DNA of 64,000 bases from Dehalococcoidia bacterium (GTDB taxonomy: Bacteria; Chloroflexota; Dehalococcoidia; Dehalococcoidales; UBA1222). Where the stretch lies: assembly GCA_003597995.1 (NCBI GenBank), contig QZJY01000070.1, forward strand, positions 2,081 through 66,080, in the 5' to 3' direction. Below are positions 29,983 to 40,601 of this stretch, piece after piece. Position 1 is the first letter of the stretch, and each line of letters starts with the position of its first letter. Under the pieces are notes generated by a model that searched no databases, had not been told where the DNA came from, and saw nothing but the letters and a program-made list of their open reading frames with translations. A program made the position numbers and the translations under genes.

Positions 29983-31968
29983 ATGTCCCTATTTGGCAAC
30001 GGGGTACTCATCCTGGCTTTCCTGGTGGCCATCTATTCCATCGCAGCTGCTTTACTCGACTCGCGCAAGAACAAATACGGCTTTCCTATGAACGCCCGCT
30101 ACGGCGTATTTGCCGTGGCCGGGCTGGTGAGCCTGGCGGTGGCGCTGCTCCTCGTCTCCCTGCTGACGCACAACTTCGGATTGAAATACGTGGCCGATTA
30201 TTCCAGCCGCGATACGCCGCTGGTCTATCTCATCACAGGGCTGTGGGCCGGCAACGCCGGTTCATTGCTTTTCTGGGGCTGGATTGTGTCCCTCTCGGGG
30301 GCCGTTCTGCTGTGGCGCAGCAACAAAACGGACAGAGAGCTAATGCCGAACGCGTTATCCATCATTCTCTTCACGGAGATGCTGTTTCTCATCCTGCTCT
30401 TCATACAGAGCCCCTTCCAGGCGCTCTCTCCGGTACCCCCGGACGGCGCCGGGCTGAAACCGGTGCTGCAGAACGTCGGCATGATAATCCACCCGCCGCC
30501 GTTGCTGGCGGGCTATGCCCTTTTCACCGTGCCATTCGCTCTGGTTGTGGCGGCTCTTTTCAACCGGAAAGTGGATGATGCCTGGGTGCTCAGCGCCAAG
30601 CGCTGGGCCGTCGCCGCCTGGCTACTGCTGGGTATCGGCAATGTGCTGGGCATGTGGTGGGCCTACGCCGTGCTGGGCTGGGGCGGTTACTGGGCCTGGG
30701 ACCCGGTGGAAAACGCCGGGCTGATGCCCTGGCTGCTTATTACCGCCTTCCTGCACTCCAGCATGATGTACCTGCGCCGCGGCATGTTCAAGATATGGGC
30801 TGTCATTCTGGCTATGGCCGCTTTCTGGCTGACCATTTTCGGCGCTTTCCTGACACGGTCTGACGTAAAGGGCTCGGTGCATACCTTCGGCGATACGCCC
30901 ATGACTCCCGCATTCATCGTCTTTCTGGCCATAACACTCATCGGCTCGGTGTGGCTGCTCATCGACCGCCGCCGATATATCAAGAGCGCAGAAGGGGATG
31001 ACGCCCTTGTTTCCGGCACGGGCACGTTCATGAGTGTCAACCTGTTGCTGGTGATTTCCACCATTTTTATACTGGTGGGCACGACGCTGCCGGTTTTCAC
31101 CAATATTATCCCGCCCCAGACCTATTTTAACGTGGTAAATTTACCTGTCTTCGTGTTGATTATTCTGCTGGCCGGCCTCTGTATCCTGGTCGGCTGGAAA
31201 ACGCCGGATTTGAAAAAGCTGCTTAAACAGCTTCTCTGGCCGGGGGTTGGCGCTCTCCTTGTAGTTATCGCTCTCATCATTGCCGGGCTGACACAATGGT
31301 ACGCGCTAGTGCCGTTATTCATCCTGGCGGCGGTCTTTGTAGCTACGCTCATCAAGTGGGGGCGTGACGTCACCGCCCGCATGCGCGGCAAAAAAGAGGG
31401 CTTCCTGCCTGCCTCAGGCGGACTGTTTATGGCCAACCGCAGCCGTTACGGCGGCTACATCATCCATATATCTATTGTGGTGCTGGCGCTGGGCATCATC
31501 GGGTCGTCGGTATATAAAAGCCAGGTGGAACAAATACTCAACGTAGGCGATTCGGTGACGCTCAAAGGTTACACTTTTACATACAACGGCTTCAATGCCG
31601 TCCCCGAACAGAAGAGCGATGGCTCGGTGCTTTTGACGGTTACGGCCAATATAGACGTATCGCGCGGCGCCCAGGACCTGGGGTCCGTTCACCCCAACAA
31701 GATTCTGAAGTTTATTTATTCCGGGGAGACCATCGTCGACATGGACCCGGCCTACGGCAATAATGTAGCCATCCGCAGCAATCTGGCCGAGGACCTGTAT
31801 GTTATCTTTGAGGACTTCGACGGCATGACCCAGCAGGCGTTGCTGATGGTGCTGGTCAACCCGCTGGTGAAGTGGATATGGATAGGCGGATTCTTGCTGC
31901 TGGCGGGAGGTCTGGTTTCCTTTAGCGCCACGCCGCGCAAGGTAGCGGCGAGCGAAGATAAGGGATAG
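29983..31968 (+). CDS. ccmF: Cytochrome c heme lyase CcmF
   Basis: IHPP, WGGYWAWDPVEN, SVHTF, NPLVKWIW. Confidence 0.96.
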   Translation: MSLFGNGVLILAFLVAIYSIAAALLDSRKNKYGFPMNARYGVFAVAGLVSLAVALLLVSLLTHNFGLKYVADYSSRDTPLVYLITGLWAGNAGSLLFWGWIVSLSGAVLLWRSNKTDRELMPNALSIILFTEMLFLILLFIQSPFQALSPVPPDGAGLKPVLQNVGMIIHPPPLLAGYALFTVPFALVVAALFNRKVDDAWVLSAKRWAVAAWLLLGIGNVLGMWWAYAVLGWGGYWAWDPVENAGLMPWLLITAFLHSSMMYLRRGMFKIWAVILAMAAFWLTIFGAFLTRSDVKGSVHTFGDTPMTPAFIVFLAITLIGSVWLLIDRRRYIKSAEGDDALVSGTGTFMSVNLLLVISTIFILVGTTLPVFTNIIPPQTYFNVVNLPVFVLIILLAGLCILVGWKTPDLKKLLKQLLWPGVGALLVVIALIIAGLTQWYALVPLFILAAVFVATLIKWGRDVTARMRGKKEGFLPASGGLFMANRSRYGGYIIHISIVVLALGIIGSSVYKSQVEQILNVGDSVTLKGYTFTYNGFNAVPEQKSDGSVLLTVTANIDVSRGAQDLGSVHPNKILKFIYSGETIVDMDPAYGNNVAIRSNLAEDLYVIFEDFDGMTQQALLMVLVNPLVKWIWIGGFLLLAGGLVSFSATPRKVAASEDKG

Positions 31969-32199
31969 CTAACTCTCTCGGTGGGGATAATTTCAAAGAG
32001 GGAAACAGGAATGTTTCCCTCTTTTTTACTGTCACTTTTGAGCGAGGCTGATTCTATGGCGTTAGTTACCCCCTCACCACAACCGCCCGCCTTTGGCGGA
32101 CTCAGGATGAGATTGCTTCGGTTGCTGCGCAACACTCGCAACGACGAAGGAGACCAACTAGCCACAGCGCCCGCAAAGCGCTAAAATAAAACCATCCGC

Positions 32200-32943
32200 A
32201 TGAACAACGTTGCAACAACTCCGTCCGTGCTCCTGGCCGTGGAAACGTCCGGACTGGTCAAATCGTTCGGCCACTACACGGCGCTGCGCGGAATAGACCT
32301 GAAAGTCCCGGCCGGCAGCACGCTGGCGGTTTTCGGGCCCAACGGCGCCGGCAAAACCACTCTCATCAAGATACTGGCCAGCATTATGCGGCCTACCTCC
32401 GGCAAAATCCTCATCGGAGGTCTGGAACTCAAAGACAACGCCGAATTGTTGCGCGCCAGACTGGGGCTGGTGGCGCACCAGAGCTACCTCTACGGCAACC
32501 TCAGCGCCTGGGAAAACCTGGACTTTTATGCCCGCATGTACGGGGTGGAAGACAGAAGCAGCCGTATCGGCGAGGTGCTGGATATGGTGAGCATGACCGG
32601 GCGCAAGCACGACCGCCTTTCCACCTTTTCGCGTGGCATGCAGCAGCGCATGGCGCTGGCGCGGGCGCTCTTGCATAAACCCTCCATACTGCTGCTGGAC
32701 GAGCCGGAAACGGGGCTGGATCAGCAGGCGCTGGGCGCCATGTGGGACATCATCAGGCGCGAGGAAACGCTCAAGCGCACTATCATCTTCACCAGCCACA
32801 GCTTCGAGAGGGCGCTGGCGGTCTGCGACGACGTGGTCATACTGGAGCGCGGCAGGATAGCGTTTAAAGCTCAGGCTTGCACTCTCAACCTCGACGGACT
32901 GAAGCAGAAGTACCAGGAATGCACGGCGGCGGTGAAGAAATGA
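32200..32943 (+). CDS. ccmA: Heme exporter ATPase
   Basis: GPNGAGKTT, FSRGMQQR, LLDEP; ccm context. Confidence 0.9.
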   Translation: MNNVATTPSVLLAVETSGLVKSFGHYTALRGIDLKVPAGSTLAVFGPNGAGKTTLIKILASIMRPTSGKILIGGLELKDNAELLRARLGLVAHQSYLYGNLSAWENLDFYARMYGVEDRSSRIGEVLDMVSMTGRKHDRLSTFSRGMQQRMALARALLHKPSILLLDEPETGLDQQALGAMWDIIRREETLKRTIIFTSHSFERALAVCDDVVILERGRIAFKAQACTLNLDGLKQKYQECTAAVKK

Positions 32944-33611
32944 AGTTCTGGAGCCGTGTAGCCGCCATCGCCTGGAAGGATATCCTCTCCGAGCTGCGCA
33001 GCCGGGAGATTATCTCCTCGGTGCTGGTCTTCGCCGTATTGGTGCTGGTGATTTTCAACTTCGCTTTCGACATGTCCCCCGACATAGCGCTGCAGATAGC
33101 CCCCGGCATCCTGTGGGTGGCCTTCGCCTTTTCGGGCGTGCTGGCCCTCAACCGCGCCTTCATCCCCGAAAAAGAGGAGAACTGCCTGGAAGGCCTGATG
33201 GGCTGCCCGGTGGGGCGCGAAGCCATCTACGTGGGCAAGGCGCTCGGCAGCCTGTTCTTCATGTTGCTGGTTGAGGCGGTCATCCTGCCGGTTTTCGCCC
33301 TGCTCTTCAACGTCGCAGTGCTCCAGCCGGAACTAATCGCAGTAACACTCCTCGCCACTATCGGCTTCGTGGCGGTGGGCACAATCTTCTCGGCGCTGGC
33401 GGTCAACACGCGGGCGCGCGAGATGGTGCTGCCCATCCTGTTCTTGCCCATCATCACTCCGGTTATCATCAGCGCCGTCAAGGCATCCGCGCTGGCGCTG
33501 GCGGGAAGCGGATGGGGCGGCCTGACCTCCTGGCTGGGCATACTGGCGGCGTTCGATGTCATTTTCCTGGTGGTGCCTTTCCTGGTTTTTCCATACGTAA
33601 TCGAAGAGTAA
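32940..33611 (+). CDS. ccmB: Heme exporter permease
   Basis: WKDILSELR, LLPIL-type motif; ATGA overlap with ccmA. Confidence 0.9.
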   Translation: MKFWSRVAAIAWKDILSELRSREIISSVLVFAVLVLVIFNFAFDMSPDIALQIAPGILWVAFAFSGVLALNRAFIPEKEENCLEGLMGCPVGREAIYVGKALGSLFFMLLVEAVILPVFALLFNVAVLQPELIAVTLLATIGFVAVGTIFSALAVNTRAREMVLPILFLPIITPVIISAVKASALALAGSGWGGLTSWLGILAAFDVIFLVVPFLVFPYVIEE

Positions 33612-33752
33612 CGGGAACGCCCTTTCAGGTATAAAATAGGCACAATCAAGCAATCGGGCTTGCTTTCTGATGTTTGAACAACCCCATCCACTTTTTGGGG
33701 GATAGATGAGATTTGCTTAACGGAAGCACTGAGCAATAAGTCAAAATCAAGT

Positions 33753-34199
33753 TCAGGTTTTGGTTGGAGGTGTAGGTACCGCCACATCGAAATTTTTACT
33801 ACTAGTTGGGATCAAACTTCCACTTGTCGCCGTGAGCGAGTAGCCAGATCCCACGATGTCAATAGAAAGATCTGTAAAGGTTGCTGTACCGCCAGACACG
33901 TCTACCGTAATCTTGCCTGATAGTTTTGCTCCGCTAGCGCCAGTACCGTGTGTAATGGCCAGCGTTATCGCTCCAGTATAACCTAAAATGACGTTCCCGT
34001 AGGGGTCTGTTACCGCGACTACTGGCTGTGTGGTAAAAGCTTTACCCGGTGCCGCGCCGGTTGGCTGTTTTGTAAAAACAAAAGTTGTGGCCACCTCCAT
34101 CTTTGAAGTGTTAGAGGGTGCTGAAGACTTGCACCCTGCAATTAGAACCATCGGTAAAGTCAGAGCCAATACAAGGTAAATCAATAATGCTTTTTTCAT
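33753..34199 (-). CDS. Lipoprotein with Ig-like/invasin-type domain
   Basis: Lipobox IAGC; FTKQP..QPVVAVTDPYGN..GTATFTDLSI. Confidence 0.75.
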   Translation of the reverse strand: MKKALLIYLVLALTLPMVLIAGCKSSAPSNTSKMEVATTFVFTKQPTGAAPGKAFTTQPVVAVTDPYGNVILGYTGAITLAITHGTGASGAKLSGKITVDVSGGTATFTDLSIDIVGSGYSLTATSGSLIPTSSKNFDVAVPTPPTKT

Positions 34200-34478
34200 A
34201 ATCGCCTCCAGTTATGATTTAACCGATTGCCATCTTAGCATATTCTTTGGATATTTACATTTCAATGATATAAAATATTATGTACAAACGTACGCATGGA
34301 ATGGCAGACATTCCGTTGTTCTTTCAATGGTGACTAAAGGTGAGCTGGCCTATTCCCCCAGCCAGCTAAAATGTAGTGTATAATTTAACGTATATTGATT
34401 AAAAAGCACTTTGGCATTATCTAAACTCGAATATATATTCGGCTCTCTATCTGCAATCGAAGAATAGGAGGTTCGGCT

Positions 34479-35138
34479 ATGAGACCCAGAATCCTGCTCG
34501 TATTGAGCACGCTGCTCATGTTAGCAGCGCTTTTCATGGTGTTCGTCTACGTGCCCGCCGACGCGGAACAGGGCAACATACAGCGCATCTTCTACTTCCA
34601 CGTTCCGGTGGCATGGGTTGCTTTCCTGGCTTTTTTCGTCACCTTCGCGGCGGGAATCGCCTACCTGGTAAAGCGCAATCCCTTCTGGGACATGGTGGCC
34701 AGCGCTTCGGCTGAGACAGGGCTGGTGTTCACCACCCTCATCCTCATCACCGGCTCCATCTGGGGGCATGTGTTCTGGGGCAAGTGGTGGGTCTGGGACC
34801 CGCGCCTCACCAGTTCGCTGGCGCTGTGGCTCATTTATCTCTCGTATTTCATGATACGCTCGTACATATCCGATGAAGATAGAAAAGCCCGTTTCGCGGC
34901 GGTGGTGGGCATCATCGGCTTCGTGGACGTGCCTATCGTGGCGCTGGCCATACAGTTGCGCTCGCAGCACCCCAGCGCCCTCATCTTCGAGGGCGGGCTG
35001 GCGGGCTCCATGCTGGCGACTCTGCTGGTAAGCATAGCCGCCTTCACTTCGCTTTACCTGCTGTTTCTGGCGGTGCGCGTACACCTTAAAGAAGACGAAC
35101 GGGAATTAAAGAGCCTCAAGGAGGCCATGAAGGAGTAA
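34479..35138 (+). CDS. ccmC: Heme exporter/CcmE-loading protein
   Basis: FYFHVP, WGKWWVWDPRLT (WWD motif), HP. Confidence 0.95.
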   Translation: MRPRILLVLSTLLMLAALFMVFVYVPADAEQGNIQRIFYFHVPVAWVAFLAFFVTFAAGIAYLVKRNPFWDMVASASAETGLVFTTLILITGSIWGHVFWGKWWVWDPRLTSSLALWLIYLSYFMIRSYISDEDRKARFAAVVGIIGFVDVPIVALAIQLRSQHPSALIFEGGLAGSMLATLLVSIAAFTSLYLLFLAVRVHLKEDERELKSLKEAMKE

Positions 35139-35139
35139 T

Positions 35140-35283
35140 ATGAATAGCAATCTGGGGTATCTTTTTGCCGCTTACAGCGTCATCTGGTTGTTGGTTTTCG
35201 GCTATGTTTTCGTCCTGATACGCCGCGAAAAGGCGCTGCGCAAAGAGATCGCCGCTCTCAAAGAGGGCATGAAAAAGGCTTAG
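35140..35283 (+). CDS. ccmD: CcmD (47 aa; not in ORF track)
   Basis: MNSNLGYLFAAYSVIWLLVFGYVFVLIRREKALRKEI...; immediately after ccmC. Confidence 0.8.
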   Translation: MNSNLGYLFAAYSVIWLLVFGYVFVLIRREKALRKEIAALKEGMKKA

Positions 35284-35401
35284 GCCAAGCTTTTGCTCTT
35301 CCTGCAATGGGGGGAAAGGTCTATAAGCAGAGGCTCAGGCATCCGCACCGAGATGTCGAAACGGTTATAATAAACCAAAGTAAAAACAGAGGAGGATTTC
35401 G

Positions 35402-35599
35402 ATGAAGCGTAACATGGGTACGGCAGACCGCGTAATCAGGTTTATTATCGGAGTGGTAGCTCTGGTGATTTCTTTCCTCGTCAGTTCGCTGGCTTTGCAG
35501 ATCGTGCTGTGGGTGGTGGCGGCGCTCTTGTTTGTGACGTCGTCACTCGGCGTTTGCCCGGCCTATACGCTGTTTCATATCTCCACGAAGAAGAAATAG
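35402..35599 (+). CDS. DUF2892/YgaP-like membrane protein
   Basis: NMGTADRVIR...GVCPAYTLFHIST. Confidence 0.9.
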   Translation: MKRNMGTADRVIRFIIGVVALVISFLVSSLALQIVLWVVAALLFVTSSLGVCPAYTLFHISTKKK

Positions 35600-35738
35600 C
35601 CGAACGGCTGGTTGTGGCCAGGGGAGATCTGGTCGCTTAACTCTGAGCCTTTATAAAAGAGACGCCGCGCTCAAAGAGGGCATGAAGAAAGCATAGTTTC
35701 GGAATCCTCGTGGGGCGAGTCATGACTCACCCCTACAG

Positions 35739-35936
35739 CTATTTTTTGTCATCGTCTTCAGGCGGGCCCCACATGCGATGCCAGTAACGGCGCCGGCGTC
35801 TGCCCATGAGAATCGATAAGCCGAGGAGTATCAGGATAACCGGCCATATATAGCTCCAGGCCGAACCCGGGAGCACTCCGGTGGCGACCAGCAACGCAAG
35901 GACTCCGACTGCGATCAGCACCAGACCGAAAAACAT
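35739..35936 (-). CDS. Small membrane protein (DUF5668/LiaF-like)
   Basis: GLVLIAVG...WPVILILLG. Confidence 0.75.
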   Translation of the reverse strand: MFFGLVLIAVGVLALLVATGVLPGSAWSYIWPVILILLGLSILMGRRRRRYWHRMWGPPEDDDKK

Positions 35937-35979
35937 AGCCTTCCTCCTTCAGCGGAATTAACATCAGCTCATGCAAGAT

Positions 35980-36516
35980 TTAATAACTCCTGCGCCTGTA
36001 AAACCATCCTGCAAGCGCGCCGAAAGCCAGGCCGCCCAGGTGCGCCTGCCAGGCTATGCCCGATATGAATGAAAGGATAGCAAACCCGCCGATGATGCCT
36101 ATCCACAACGGGATGGGGGTTGGGATGGGGAAGAAAATGACCCGCATGTTGGGCCGCAGTACGGCCAGCGCCCCGCCAAGCGCGAAAACAGCCCCCGATG
36201 CGCCTATGGCCGTCGAGTAACTCTCTCCCAGCAAAATATAGAACAGGCTGCCCGCTATGCCGCCTATCATGTAAATTATCCAGAAACGCCGGGCACCCAG
36301 CATCTGCAGCACTGCGCCGCCGAAAAAGTAGAGCGTCCACATGTTGGCCAGGATATGGAAAAAGGCGTAGTGGGTGAACATGCTGGTGACAATCTGCCAG
36401 GGGTGGCTCCAGACGATGGCGGGCGTCAACCCCAGGGTGTCGATGAACTCCGGGCGGATGTTCACGCCCACGAATACCAGCACGTTTATCAGGATGATGA
36501 TGTAGATGCTTTCCAA
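35980..36516 (-). CDS. Rhomboid intramembrane protease
   Basis: HILANM, GASGAVF, AHLGG; TTG start with GAGGAG RBS. Confidence 0.92.
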   Translation of the reverse strand: MESIYIIILINVLVFVGVNIRPEFIDTLGLTPAIVWSHPWQIVTSMFTHYAFFHILANMWTLYFFGGAVLQMLGARRFWIIYMIGGIAGSLFYILLGESYSTAIGASGAVFALGGALAVLRPNMRVIFFPIPTPIPLWIGIIGGFAILSFISGIAWQAHLGGLAFGALAGWFYRRRSY

Positions 36517-36807
36517 TGGCTTTTCTCCTCGTAATTGAACGTCAAAGGGGTATGAAACATGATAACAGGGGCGTGCAAAATCGGCAAATCGGGTCACACT
36601 TTCTCCTCCCCTTTGAGGGGAGAAACATCTGGGCTTATGCATTCGGAGGGGGTTAACTGGCAATGGAAGGTGCCAGTCGTGCCAGATCCTTCGTCCGCCT
36701 CAGGCGGACGAAGGATGAAAGGTCGCTCCTCTCCGCAAGGGGAGAGAGAAAGCGGAGAAAAAGAAGGAGGCCGCTCACTGGCAGCCTCCTGTAGAAATCG
36801 ATTGACT

Positions 36808-37287
36808 TTATCTTTCAACGGCACTGAATACCAGCACCTGGCCGCCCGCGCAGTTGATAGTCAGCGACCAGATGCCGCCGAACTCGACGCTGCGTGCAGC
36901 AGACAGAAGCGCGAAGTAGGCGCTCTCCTGCTCATTGACGGCCTGGTCGGTGGAGGCCATGGCGGTGTGCAGTATGCCGCTGAATGTGAGCTGGTTGTCG
37001 GTTCTCTGCGCGAAGCCGCCGTATCCGTTGACGCCGCCGTTACCCGTTATCTGGTCGGTGGCGTCGCTGAAGGTGAGGGTAATCTTTGTCCCGGCAATTA
37101 CTGATTTGAGGTTGGCCGGGTCCCCATAGGACGCCAGCACCCACGATGTGCCGGCCAGGCTCTGGCCTTTGAGGGCGGGGACGCTGGATGGGGGTTTGCT
37201 GCTATCGGTGGCCTTCGACGCACAACCGCCCGCCAAGATAGCCAGTATGGCGGCTGCCGTTAGTAAAGCCAATAGAAGTTTACGCAT
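36808..37287 (-). CDS. META/HslJ-domain lipoprotein
   Basis: Lipobox AGGC; LAGTSWVL, GNGGVNGYGG, TAMA, QESAYF. Confidence 0.85.
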   Translation of the reverse strand: MRKLLLALLTAAAILAILAGGCASKATDSSKPPSSVPALKGQSLAGTSWVLASYGDPANLKSVIAGTKITLTFSDATDQITGNGGVNGYGGFAQRTDNQLTFSGILHTAMASTDQAVNEQESAYFALLSAARSVEFGGIWSLTINCAGGQVLVFSAVER

Positions 37288-37387
37288 GTGAAGTATCTGC
37301 CTTTCTTGAACTCGCCTTGCCTGAATTGATAATAATAACGCAGCGGGAGGCAGAAGGTTAGGCGGGCTGCTCTTGCGATTCCCGATA

Positions 37388-37837
37388 TCAGCCGCTAACG
37401 AAATGCAACTCGCCGCCGTCACAGAAGATGATGAGCCCGCAGCAGTCTTCGCTGAAACGCTCGGCCTTCGCCAGCAGCGTCAGATAATCATTTTCCTGCT
37501 GCGTAACGCCCGATATGTCGGGGCTTCCCAACTGCGTTTGGTATATCTGCGAGATGGAGATGCCACTACCGTGTATCTCGCAATCTCCTCCGTAGAGGTT
37601 GATGCCGGCGTTTCCTGAGATGTGAGACGCATTCCCATCGAAAACGAGCGTGATCTCGGTGGATGACAAAAGAGTCTTTTGCTGGGAAGCGAGGCCATAT
37701 GATTGCAGATGCCAGGAGGTGCCTGCCAACTCGAAGGAATCGCTAATCCTGCCGCTGTCACGAGACGCGCAACCCGCCGTGCTGATGCTCAAGGCGGCGA
37801 TGATTAACGAGGCAGCTATGACGATATGACGTTTCAT
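37388..37837 (-). CDS. META/HslJ-domain lipoprotein (tandem paralogue)
   Basis: LAGTSWHL, GNAGINLYGG, QENDYL. Confidence 0.8.
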   Translation of the reverse strand: MKRHIVIAASLIIAALSISTAGCASRDSGRISDSFELAGTSWHLQSYGLASQQKTLLSSTEITLVFDGNASHISGNAGINLYGGDCEIHGSGISISQIYQTQLGSPDISGVTQQENDYLTLLAKAERFSEDCCGLIIFCDGGELHFVSG

Positions 37838-37975
37838 GGCATCGAATCCTGTAAATATGATAACGCTTTTTAAGCACGGACGATAGTGCCTATCGGTAAT
37901 CCGGTTATTATTTATTGCGCCGTGCGTGGGCGCTTGCTACAATAGGTTAATCCATCCGGTTACGAGGAAGACTCT

Positions 37976-40426
37976 ATGATTGAAAAATACAATCCCGCCG
38001 AGGTCGAGCCCAGGTGGCAGAAGCGCTGGGCGGACAGCTCGCTCTACAAGGTGAGCGATGATAGCCCTGCCCCCAAGTGGTACGCCCTTACCATGTTCCC
38101 TTACACCTCGGGCGACCTGCACATCGGCCACTGGTACGCCATGGCTCCCTCCGATGTCTATGCCCGCTTCAAGCGCATGCAGGGCTATAACGTGCTGCAC
38201 CCCATGGGCTTCGACGCCTTCGGTTTCCCGGCGGAGAACGCCGCCATCAAACGCGGCATACACCCTAAAACCTGGACCATGGCCAACGTTGAAAACATGC
38301 GCAAACAGCTCAAGAGCATCGGCGCTATCTACGACTGGAGCCGGGAGGTCATCACCTGCCAGCCGGACTATTACAAGTGGACGCAGTGGTTCTTCCTCAA
38401 GCTGTGGGAGGCCGGGCTGGCCTACCGCGCCAAGGCGCCGGTCAACTGGTGCCCCACCTGCCAGGCGGTGCTGGCCAACGAGCAGGTGGTCAACGGCGAA
38501 TGCTGGCGCTGCGATACTCAGGTGACGCGGCGCGACCTGGAGCAGTGGTTCTTCCGCATCACCAAATACGCGGACGAGCTGATGCGGCATGACGGCCTGG
38601 ACTGGCCGGAGCGCATTAAGATAATGCAGGCCAACTGGGTGGGACGCAGCGAAGGCACGGAAATCTCGTTCGCGCTGGACTATCCTGGCGTCGCGGAAAA
38701 AGAGATAAAAGTTTTCACCACGCGCCCCGACACGATTTATGGCGTCACCTTCATGGTGCTGGCCCCAGAACACCCGCTGGTGGCCGCTCTCACCACACCC
38801 GACAGGAAGGGCGAGGTGGAGGCCTATATCGAAAAGGCGCGCCATCACACGGAGATAGAGCGTCTCTCCACCGAACGCGAGAAGGACGGCGTTTTCACCG
38901 GGGCTTATGCCACCAACCGCCTGAACGGCGAGAAAATCCCCATCTGGATTGCCGACTATGTGCTGCTATCCTACGGCACCGGGGCGGTTATGGGCGTGCC
39001 GGCTCACGACGAGCGCGATTTTACTTTCGCCACCAGATACGGCCTGCCGATAAAAGTGGTTATCTCCCCTCCCGCTTGGGATGGAAAGCTACTCGCTGCC
39101 GCCTATATCGAACCCGGCAAAATGGTCAACTCCGGGCACTTCGACGGGACAGAGAACACGCAGGGCAAGACAGCCGTTTCCGAATATATCGAAAAGCAGG
39201 GGTGGGGTCACCGAACCGTAAGTTACAAGCTGCGCGATTGGCTCATCTCGCGCCAGCGCTACTGGGGCGCGCCCATACCCATGGTGTATTGCGACAAATG
39301 CGGCATCGTGCCGGTACCGGAGAAGGACTTGCCGGTTCTCCTCCCCGATGACGCCGAGTTCAAGGCCACCGGCGAGTCGCCGCTCAAATACAGCCAGAGC
39401 TTCCTCCACACCACCTGCCCCAAGTGCAGCGGCGCGGCTCAGCGCGAGACGGATACCCTGGACACCTTCATGTGCTCCTCATGGTATTTCCTGCGCTATA
39501 CCAGCCACCACTTCGGGGAGGGGGCTTTCGACCCGGAGATAGTGAAGAAGTGGATGCCCGTCGATATCTATACCGGCGGGGCTGAACATGCCGTCATGCA
39601 TCTCTTTTACTCTCGCTTTTTCGTAAAGGCACTCAGAGACATCGGGTTGGTGAAATTCAGCGAACCATTTACGCGGCTGTTCAACCAGGGCACCATCGTG
39701 CGGGAACATCAGAAAATGTCCAAGTCGCGAGGCAATGTGGTGAATCCTGACGATTACGTTTCGCAGCTGGGCGCCGACACGGTGCGCGCCTACCTCATGT
39801 TCATCGGGCCGTGGGAGCAGGGGGGAGACTGGGACGACTCCGGAATATACGGCCTGTCGCGCTGGCTGAATCGTATCTGGAGTCTGGCACTGGAGCCGTA
39901 TGAAGGCGTGGCCTGTGGTTCGGAAGGCGAGCCCAGCGTAAAGGACTTGCTGCGCGTGACGCACCAGACCATCCGCCGCGTAACGGAGGACATGGACCGC
40001 CTGCGCTTCAACACCATGATTTCCGCCCTCATGGAGTTCTCCAATTACCTGGCCAAAATTAGAGAAGCGGGGAGCGTCCCGGTCGAGAACTATCGAGAGG
40101 CTGTGCGTACATTGCTCAGGCTGCTGGCGCCCACCGCGCCGCACTTCACCGAGGAGCTGTGGTCGCGGCTGGGATACGAATATAGCATCCATAACCAGAG
40201 CTGGCCGCAGTGGGATGAGAAATTGGCCAAGGATGAGGAAATTCCCCTGGTCGTGCAGGTGAACGGCAAGGTGCGCGACAAGCTGATGGTTTCCGCCAAC
40301 ATCAGCGAGGATGAAGCCAAAAAGCTGGCGCTGGAAAGCCCGAAGGTGCAGACGCACACCGCCGGAAAAACCGTGGCGCAGGTCATTTATGTGCCGGGCC
40401 GGCTGGTCAACGTGGTGGTGAAGTAG
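37976..40426 (+). CDS. leuS: Leucyl-tRNA synthetase
   Basis: MFPYTSG, HIGH, FTTRPDT, KMSKS, VQVNGK. Confidence 0.98.
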   Translation: MIEKYNPAEVEPRWQKRWADSSLYKVSDDSPAPKWYALTMFPYTSGDLHIGHWYAMAPSDVYARFKRMQGYNVLHPMGFDAFGFPAENAAIKRGIHPKTWTMANVENMRKQLKSIGAIYDWSREVITCQPDYYKWTQWFFLKLWEAGLAYRAKAPVNWCPTCQAVLANEQVVNGECWRCDTQVTRRDLEQWFFRITKYADELMRHDGLDWPERIKIMQANWVGRSEGTEISFALDYPGVAEKEIKVFTTRPDTIYGVTFMVLAPEHPLVAALTTPDRKGEVEAYIEKARHHTEIERLSTEREKDGVFTGAYATNRLNGEKIPIWIADYVLLSYGTGAVMGVPAHDERDFTFATRYGLPIKVVISPPAWDGKLLAAAYIEPGKMVNSGHFDGTENTQGKTAVSEYIEKQGWGHRTVSYKLRDWLISRQRYWGAPIPMVYCDKCGIVPVPEKDLPVLLPDDAEFKATGESPLKYSQSFLHTTCPKCSGAAQRETDTLDTFMCSSWYFLRYTSHHFGEGAFDPEIVKKWMPVDIYTGGAEHAVMHLFYSRFFVKALRDIGLVKFSEPFTRLFNQGTIVREHQKMSKSRGNVVNPDDYVSQLGADTVRAYLMFIGPWEQGGDWDDSGIYGLSRWLNRIWSLALEPYEGVACGSEGEPSVKDLLRVTHQTIRRVTEDMDRLRFNTMISALMEFSNYLAKIREAGSVPVENYREAVRTLLRLLAPTAPHFTEELWSRLGYEYSIHNQSWPQWDEKLAKDEEIPLVVQVNGKVRDKLMVSANISEDEAKKLALESPKVQTHTAGKTVAQVIYVPGRLVNVVVK

Positions 40427-40601
40427 CGGTTTGGCTCGTCGCAACTTATGATAGGGGACAGGCTGACCCCCTCACCTTAATCCTCTCCCACGTTGGGGAG
40501 AGGAAATTGGAGTAGCAATCGAGGTAAGACTATTCGATAAGACTCTCCCTTAGTCCCTCCCTTCCAGGGAGGGGGACTGGATAAAGCATCAGGAGATTAG
40601 A

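Noticed and set aside
37937..40444. Long antisense ORFs (303 and 321 aa) opposite leuS, and similar ones opposite clpC, nrdJ, pccB and yqeB
   Set aside because: Shadow ORFs expected from GC-rich codon usage
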